Positions 26,114 to 30,248 of a DNA stretch of 30,248 bases are shown here, in pieces; positions within the stretch are counted from its first letter, which is position 1; every line of letters starts with the position of its first letter. The DNA is from Candidatus Thorarchaeota archaeon. Its GTDB lineage: Archaea; Asgardarchaeota; Thorarchaeia; Thorarchaeales; Thorarchaeaceae. The notes under the pieces are model-generated. The model was given only the letters and a program-made list of their open reading frames with translations. It did no database searches and was not told where the DNA came from. Location of the stretch: assembly GCA_048884785.1 (NCBI GenBank), contig JBHLQM010000042.1, positions 1-30,248 on the forward strand, in the 5' to 3' direction. The position numbers and the translations under genes are program-made.

Positions 26114-27254
26114 GAGCCTCGTGAGTTTCAAAAAGGGGATGCCCAGGAACAAGACGCAACGCATCAACTCCTCCAAGGGGAAGCACCATTACATTAGATT
26201 GCGGAGCGAACAAAGAGATCGAGTCACCTGTGCTAATGCTAGTGTTAGGATCAAGAAGAGCCTGAGCTGAAATCTGACCCACCTTGAAATACACTTCAAG
26301 GGCATTTCCTACATAGATAGTCCTAGTTACCATGCCTGTAATCTGATTGTCTTTAGAATTCATTCTTGTCAGATTAAGGTCCTCTGGACGTATTGCACAC
26401 TTAACATCTTCACCAAGCTGAAAAGGATACCCTGCAATTGTCGAGTTGCCATTGATTATCTGATGGTTGGGGATTTCGACTGTGATAGAACCCTCATCAA
26501 CTGCGGTAATCTTTCCATCAATGAAAGTGCACTGACCAATGAAATCTGCCACAAAGACTGTTTGAGGATTTGCATAAATTGCCCTTGGAGTATCAAACTG
26601 CTGAACATACCCTTTGTCCATTACTGCAACTCTGTCAGAGATACTGAGTGCTTCGTGCTGGTCATGAGTAACATATACGGTTGTGATTGAGAGTTCTTTT
26701 TGGATTCTGATGATTTCTTCCCTCATCTCTATCCGAAGCTTTGCGTCAAGATTTGATAGAGGCTCGTCCAAAAGCAACACATCGGGCTCTATAACCAATG
26801 CTCTTGCAAGAGCAACACGCTGCTGTTGACCTCCAGATAGCTGATGAACACGACGTTCTCCAAGACCCTCGAGGTACACGAGATTGAGCGCATCATTCAC
26901 ACGTTTCGCTATGGCAGTCTTTGTGTATTTCTGGCCCCGAACTCGTTTGAGCTTGAGACCATATGCAATGTTATCGTTGACAGACATATGTGGCCAAAGG
27001 GCATAGTTCTGGAAGCACATACCAGTATTTCGTCGGTGAGGTGGAAGTTTTGTAACATCCTTTTCGTCAAAGAATATCTTACCCCTATCAGGAGTATAGA
27101 ACCCTGCAATCAGCCTTAGCAGCGTTGTCTTTCCACATCCAGAGGGACCAAGAAGAGTGGATAACTCAGCCTCCTTTAGCACCATTGTAACTTCATCAGT
27201 AGCTATAACATCTCCAAAGGTTTTGCGTAGATTTTCTAATCTGATCTCTACCAT
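26091..27254 (-). CDS. ABC transporter ATP-binding subunit (FbpC/PotA class, TOBE domain)
   Basis: GPSGCGKTT, FQNYALWPHM, LSGGQQQRVALARAL, LLLDEPLSNLD, YVTHDQ. Confidence 0.95.
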   Translation of the reverse strand: MVEIRLENLRKTFGDVIATDEVTMVLKEAELSTLLGPSGCGKTTLLRLIAGFYTPDRGKIFFDEKDVTKLPPHRRNTGMCFQNYALWPHMSVNDNIAYGLKLKRVRGQKYTKTAIAKRVNDALNLVYLEGLGERRVHQLSGGQQQRVALARALVIEPDVLLLDEPLSNLDAKLRIEMREEIIRIQKELSITTVYVTHDQHEALSISDRVAVMDKGYVQQFDTPRAIYANPQTVFVADFIGQCTFIDGKITAVDEGSITVEIPNHQIINGNSTIAGYPFQLGEDVKCAIRPEDLNLTRMNSKDNQITGMVTRTIYVGNALEVYFKVGQISAQALLDPNTSISTGDSISLFAPQSNVMVLPLGGVDALRLVPGHPLFETHEAPTEASNV

Positions 27255-27265
27255 CTTCTATCACC

Positions 27266-29599
27266 TCAAATTCCTGTCATTGCTGAAGAACGAGTACCTA
27301 GTATCTTGTTCGTGATTGTTATAACAGCCATTTGCATTGCCATCATTAGGACTCCCAATGACGCGGCAGATTCTGCACCCCCATAGACACCGGTTCCTTC
27401 AAGGACCTCCTTCGTCCAAAAGGTCATCGGAGCCTGTTGTCGGCCCACACTACCCAATACCAAGCTTGTGCTGACTTCACTTACTGAGTACACAAACGAA
27501 AGCAGAGAGCCTGCAAGCACACTGACTCCAATAAGAGGCAGTGTGATCTTCGTAAAGGTTTGATTCCTATTTGCACCCATGTTCAGTGACGCTTCTTCCA
27601 GCACAACTGGAGTTGATTGCAATCCTGCATAGGCAGCTCGAACTGTAAATGGAAACTTGCGTATCATATATGAAATGGTTATCAAAAACCAAGGCCCTTC
27701 TTGCGGAAAAATCGGGGTGTTGTAGAATAGTGTGAAGTACCCTGTTGCAATTACTATACCCGGCAAAGCAATTGGAGAAGTCACAAGAAGATCAAAGGCG
27801 GTCTTGCCGGGTATATCTCTTCTAGCAACTATATAGGCAGCACTTGTGCCTAACAAAACAATGAAGACAGTGGCAATCAGTCCATAAAGCAGAGTGAATT
27901 GGATAGATCTGGCCACATCTTCAAAAGCCCAAAGGACATCGAAATTGCTAAGGGTCCATACATCAGGGAGAATTGAGTTCGTAGACCACTGGTCTGATAA
28001 CGAAAGTATAATGACACTGATTTGTGGAATTAGTGCAAGGAAGAGCAATGGAATCAGGATTGCATAAAGCAATATGACTGTTCTAACCTTCAGTTTTCTG
28101 ACTCGCGGATTCCATTGACCTCCTTTCGTTCCTGATTCATAGGAACGGAGAGATGCATATTTTCGTATCGTCAGAAATCCTATAACGGCAAAAATAAGCA
28201 GAAAGATGCCAATGGCGGGGCCAGCTGGATCGATTTCTCCCGATTGCGATGCAATGCTATCAAAGACCTGAAATGCCAGTGTCTTTCGAGCCTGCGGGTG
28301 GTCATAGAAGACTATGGGGGTTCCGAGGTCTTCTATACTGAGGATGAATGTCAGAATTGCACCAGCCTGAATTCCAGGCATTGCCAATGGTAGTGTAACT
28401 GATCTAAATAGCTTAAAACCTGTGGCGCCAAGATTCTCGGCTTGTTCTTCTAACGAAGGGTCGATGCCCATAAATGAAGAATATGCATTCAAATACACCA
28501 ATGAAAACAGGGAAAGCGATTGCACAAAGATAATCGCCGCAAGTCCCTGCAACTCAATTCTGAAGGGAATAATTCCCAGAGTTGTGTAGAAGAGGTTGTT
28601 GAAGAAGCCTGCACGTCCCATGAAGGTCTTGATGCCGATTGCTCCAACAAAAGGCGTTGCAAGGATTGGGAAGATAAGTACAGTTCGTACAATCTTCTTT
28701 CCGGGGAAGTCATATCTTGCAACAACGAATGCAAGAAAGACTCCGAGTAGAACTGAAAAAATCGTCACAATGATAGCGGAGTAAATGGAATTGAGAACAG
28801 CTCCAAAATCCCAGCCCTGAATGATCATCAAATCACTTGCACCGGTTGGGGGGATTATTGTTCGAAAGTTAGCATAGGAAATCCATTCCCCTGTGACATC
28901 ATTGTACTGCCATGGCCAAAAGTTCGAGTCAGTGAATAGATTCACAAAGTGATAAAGAGAGGGAAGTCCTGTATTGGGATCAACAAAAGATACAGCAACA
29001 ACGCTTAGAAGAGGAGCAATCAGGAACAAACTGAAGGCAAAAAGAACAGCCAGCAATTGAACCCATGATAATGAGTCCATTTCTCGCCTTAGCTGCGAAA
29101 TACCAGCGCCAATTTTCGCAGATATAGACTCGTCTCTGTCATGACGATTTCTAACGAAGGAAATGATTCCGGTGCCAAAGGCCCAGATTTGATTTCGGAA
29201 TAAAATAACAGAACTTCCAACAATCAAAAATATGATAGCCATATTGATTCCGTACAGCGCAAAAACAACGACTACTAACGGAATCAGGATGGTGGTCATT
29301 ACCCAAGAGGGAACAAGATGACGTTTTTCTCCATGAATAAACCTGTATGGATATAGGAACCACCATGTCCCTAAAATAATAAGGAGTAGTCCAGTGATTC
29401 CAAAGAAAGCAAATACAGCAATATAAGAAATAGCAGCAATTGAAATTCCTATCTTGTTTTCTAGGATTCTCTCCTTTAGTAGGGTTCCTGACTCTTCCCT
29501 TTTTAACACTGCAGCAACTTGATTGAATATCGAGGTCGGTTCAAGCTCCGACCTCATTTCAATCGAGTCAGGATAGCTCTTTCCTTCTTCTCCTGACAA
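27266..29599 (-). CDS. ABC transporter permease, duplicated Fe3+/thiamine (FbpB/ThiP) type with N-terminal extension
   Basis: Two EAA loops (LEEQAENLGA...FRSVTLPL and LEEASLNMGA...F.KITLPL) and many hydrophobic segments. Confidence 0.92.
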   Translation of the reverse strand: MSGEEGKSYPDSIEMRSELEPTSIFNQVAAVLKREESGTLLKERILENKIGISIAAISYIAVFAFFGITGLLLIILGTWWFLYPYRFIHGEKRHLVPSWVMTTILIPLVVVVFALYGINMAIIFLIVGSSVILFRNQIWAFGTGIISFVRNRHDRDESISAKIGAGISQLRREMDSLSWVQLLAVLFAFSLFLIAPLLSVVAVSFVDPNTGLPSLYHFVNLFTDSNFWPWQYNDVTGEWISYANFRTIIPPTGASDLMIIQGWDFGAVLNSIYSAIIVTIFSVLLGVFLAFVVARYDFPGKKIVRTVLIFPILATPFVGAIGIKTFMGRAGFFNNLFYTTLGIIPFRIELQGLAAIIFVQSLSLFSLVYLNAYSSFMGIDPSLEEQAENLGATGFKLFRSVTLPLAMPGIQAGAILTFILSIEDLGTPIVFYDHPQARKTLAFQVFDSIASQSGEIDPAGPAIGIFLLIFAVIGFLTIRKYASLRSYESGTKGGQWNPRVRKLKVRTVILLYAILIPLLFLALIPQISVIILSLSDQWSTNSILPDVWTLSNFDVLWAFEDVARSIQFTLLYGLIATVFIVLLGTSAAYIVARRDIPGKTAFDLLVTSPIALPGIVIATGYFTLFYNTPIFPQEGPWFLITISYMIRKFPFTVRAAYAGLQSTPVVLEEASLNMGANRNQTFTKITLPLIGVSVLAGSLLSFVYSVSEVSTSLVLGSVGRQQAPMTFWTKEVLEGTGVYGGAESAASLGVLMMAMQMAVITITNKILGTRSSAMTGI

Positions 29600-29612
29600 A
29601 CTCTTCTATCTC

Positions 29613-30248
29613 CTAGGGGAGGGCTACAATTTGGTTGTATACGCTAATATACTGTGCCTTTGCTGCGGCAGTCCATCGAGATGTTATGGTCGATGCAAAG
29701 TCGCTGTTATAGATCATAGCGTCATTTATCTGGATTGCATACGCAAGTGTGAACTTCTGATTTGTGCTAGTCGATGGATCCTGAACTGTGACCGGCGTAC
29801 CCATTAGTCCGGCATAGTAGTCCAGTTCCGACGCGTCTATTTTTCCATCATAAAATGCTTCCACAATTGCACCCCAAGCCTGACGCAATTCAGTGTGAGC
29901 GTCCGTGAAGACCGCTTCAAAATACTGAATGAAAGCAGAGCTTGTCATAAGGGATAAGGTATCATTAAAGTCGATACCAGAGGTTGCAACGGTCTGATTG
30001 AAGACTGTATAGAGATCTTGTGCCCCTGCAGCTTCAGGTTCCCAAAATGCAGACTCCATAACTGGCATCCTTCGAATGGAGTCATCAAGCCAAAGCGCCT
30101 GACCCTCAGGAGATAGCACGAAGTCGAGGAAGACTTCCGATGCTTGAGTGTGAGTAGTTGTGGCGGCGATTGCAATAGGGTCGCCATTCACAATTGACTG
30201 GCCTTCAGGGAGGATATACTCGCAGTCTGGATTCCTGAACTGAGTAAG
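29613..30248 (-). CDS. ABC transporter substrate-binding protein (C-terminal part; runs off the window edge)
   Basis: Frame open to base 30248 (…EYILPEGQSIVNGDPIAI…A..FLDFVLSPEGQALW…RMPV), typical of Fe3+/thiamine-class binding proteins; directly upstream of the permease. Confidence 0.88.
   Translation of the reverse strand, partial: LTQFRNPDCEYILPEGQSIVNGDPIAIAATTTHTQASEVFLDFVLSPEGQALWLDDSIRRMPVMESAFWEPEAAGAQDLYTVFNQTVATSGIDFNDTLSLMTSSAFIQYFEAVFTDAHTELRQAWGAIVEAFYDGKIDASELDYYAGLMGTPVTVQDPSTSTNQKFTLAYAIQINDAMIYNSDFASTITSRWTAAAKAQYISVYNQIVALP

Noticed and set aside
58-30187. Numerous short alternative-frame and antisense ORFs in the track (for example 58-315, 758-1189, 4666-5028, 13174-13719, 15835-16221, 22887-23315)
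   Set aside because: They overlap well-supported genes, mostly on the opposite strand, and show no recognisable motifs; treated as shadow ORFs.

Overview
Gene-dense archaeal chromosomal window, most likely an Asgard archaeon (Thorarchaeia-like). That assignment is an inference from two Rab-like GTPases, a roadblock protein, a WD40 propeller and an EF-2 paralogue sitting among typical archaeal genes (ArcTGT, PolB2, CofE, archaeal ThyA). From left to right: class III ribonucleotide reductase start plus redoxin, divergent from thymidylate synthase; an Lrp/AsnC regulator with tandem palindromic operators, an acetyltransferase and an EF-2 paralogue; a signalling cluster (roadblock, thioredoxin, two single-domain KaiC-like ATPases, a helical-repeat protein, two Rab-like GTPases, WD40); a PolB2 cassette; LarC; a tightly coupled one-carbon operon metF-mtrH'-mtrA-mtrH-mmp14-cofE; HflX; ArcTGT; and an Fe3+/polyamine-class ABC transporter. 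The strongest candidate for a new system is the C1 operon: an anchor-less MtrA apparently fused to an MtrB-like tail, flanked by two different MtrH paralogues, with a folate reductase and an ASKHA ATPase. It could be a soluble methyl shuttle between folate and methanopterin carriers. The second candidate is a split-KaiC plus thioredoxin module linked to roadblock/Rab genes. All family assignments come from motif recognition by eye, not database searches. No rRNA, tRNA, CRISPR array or transposase was recognised.
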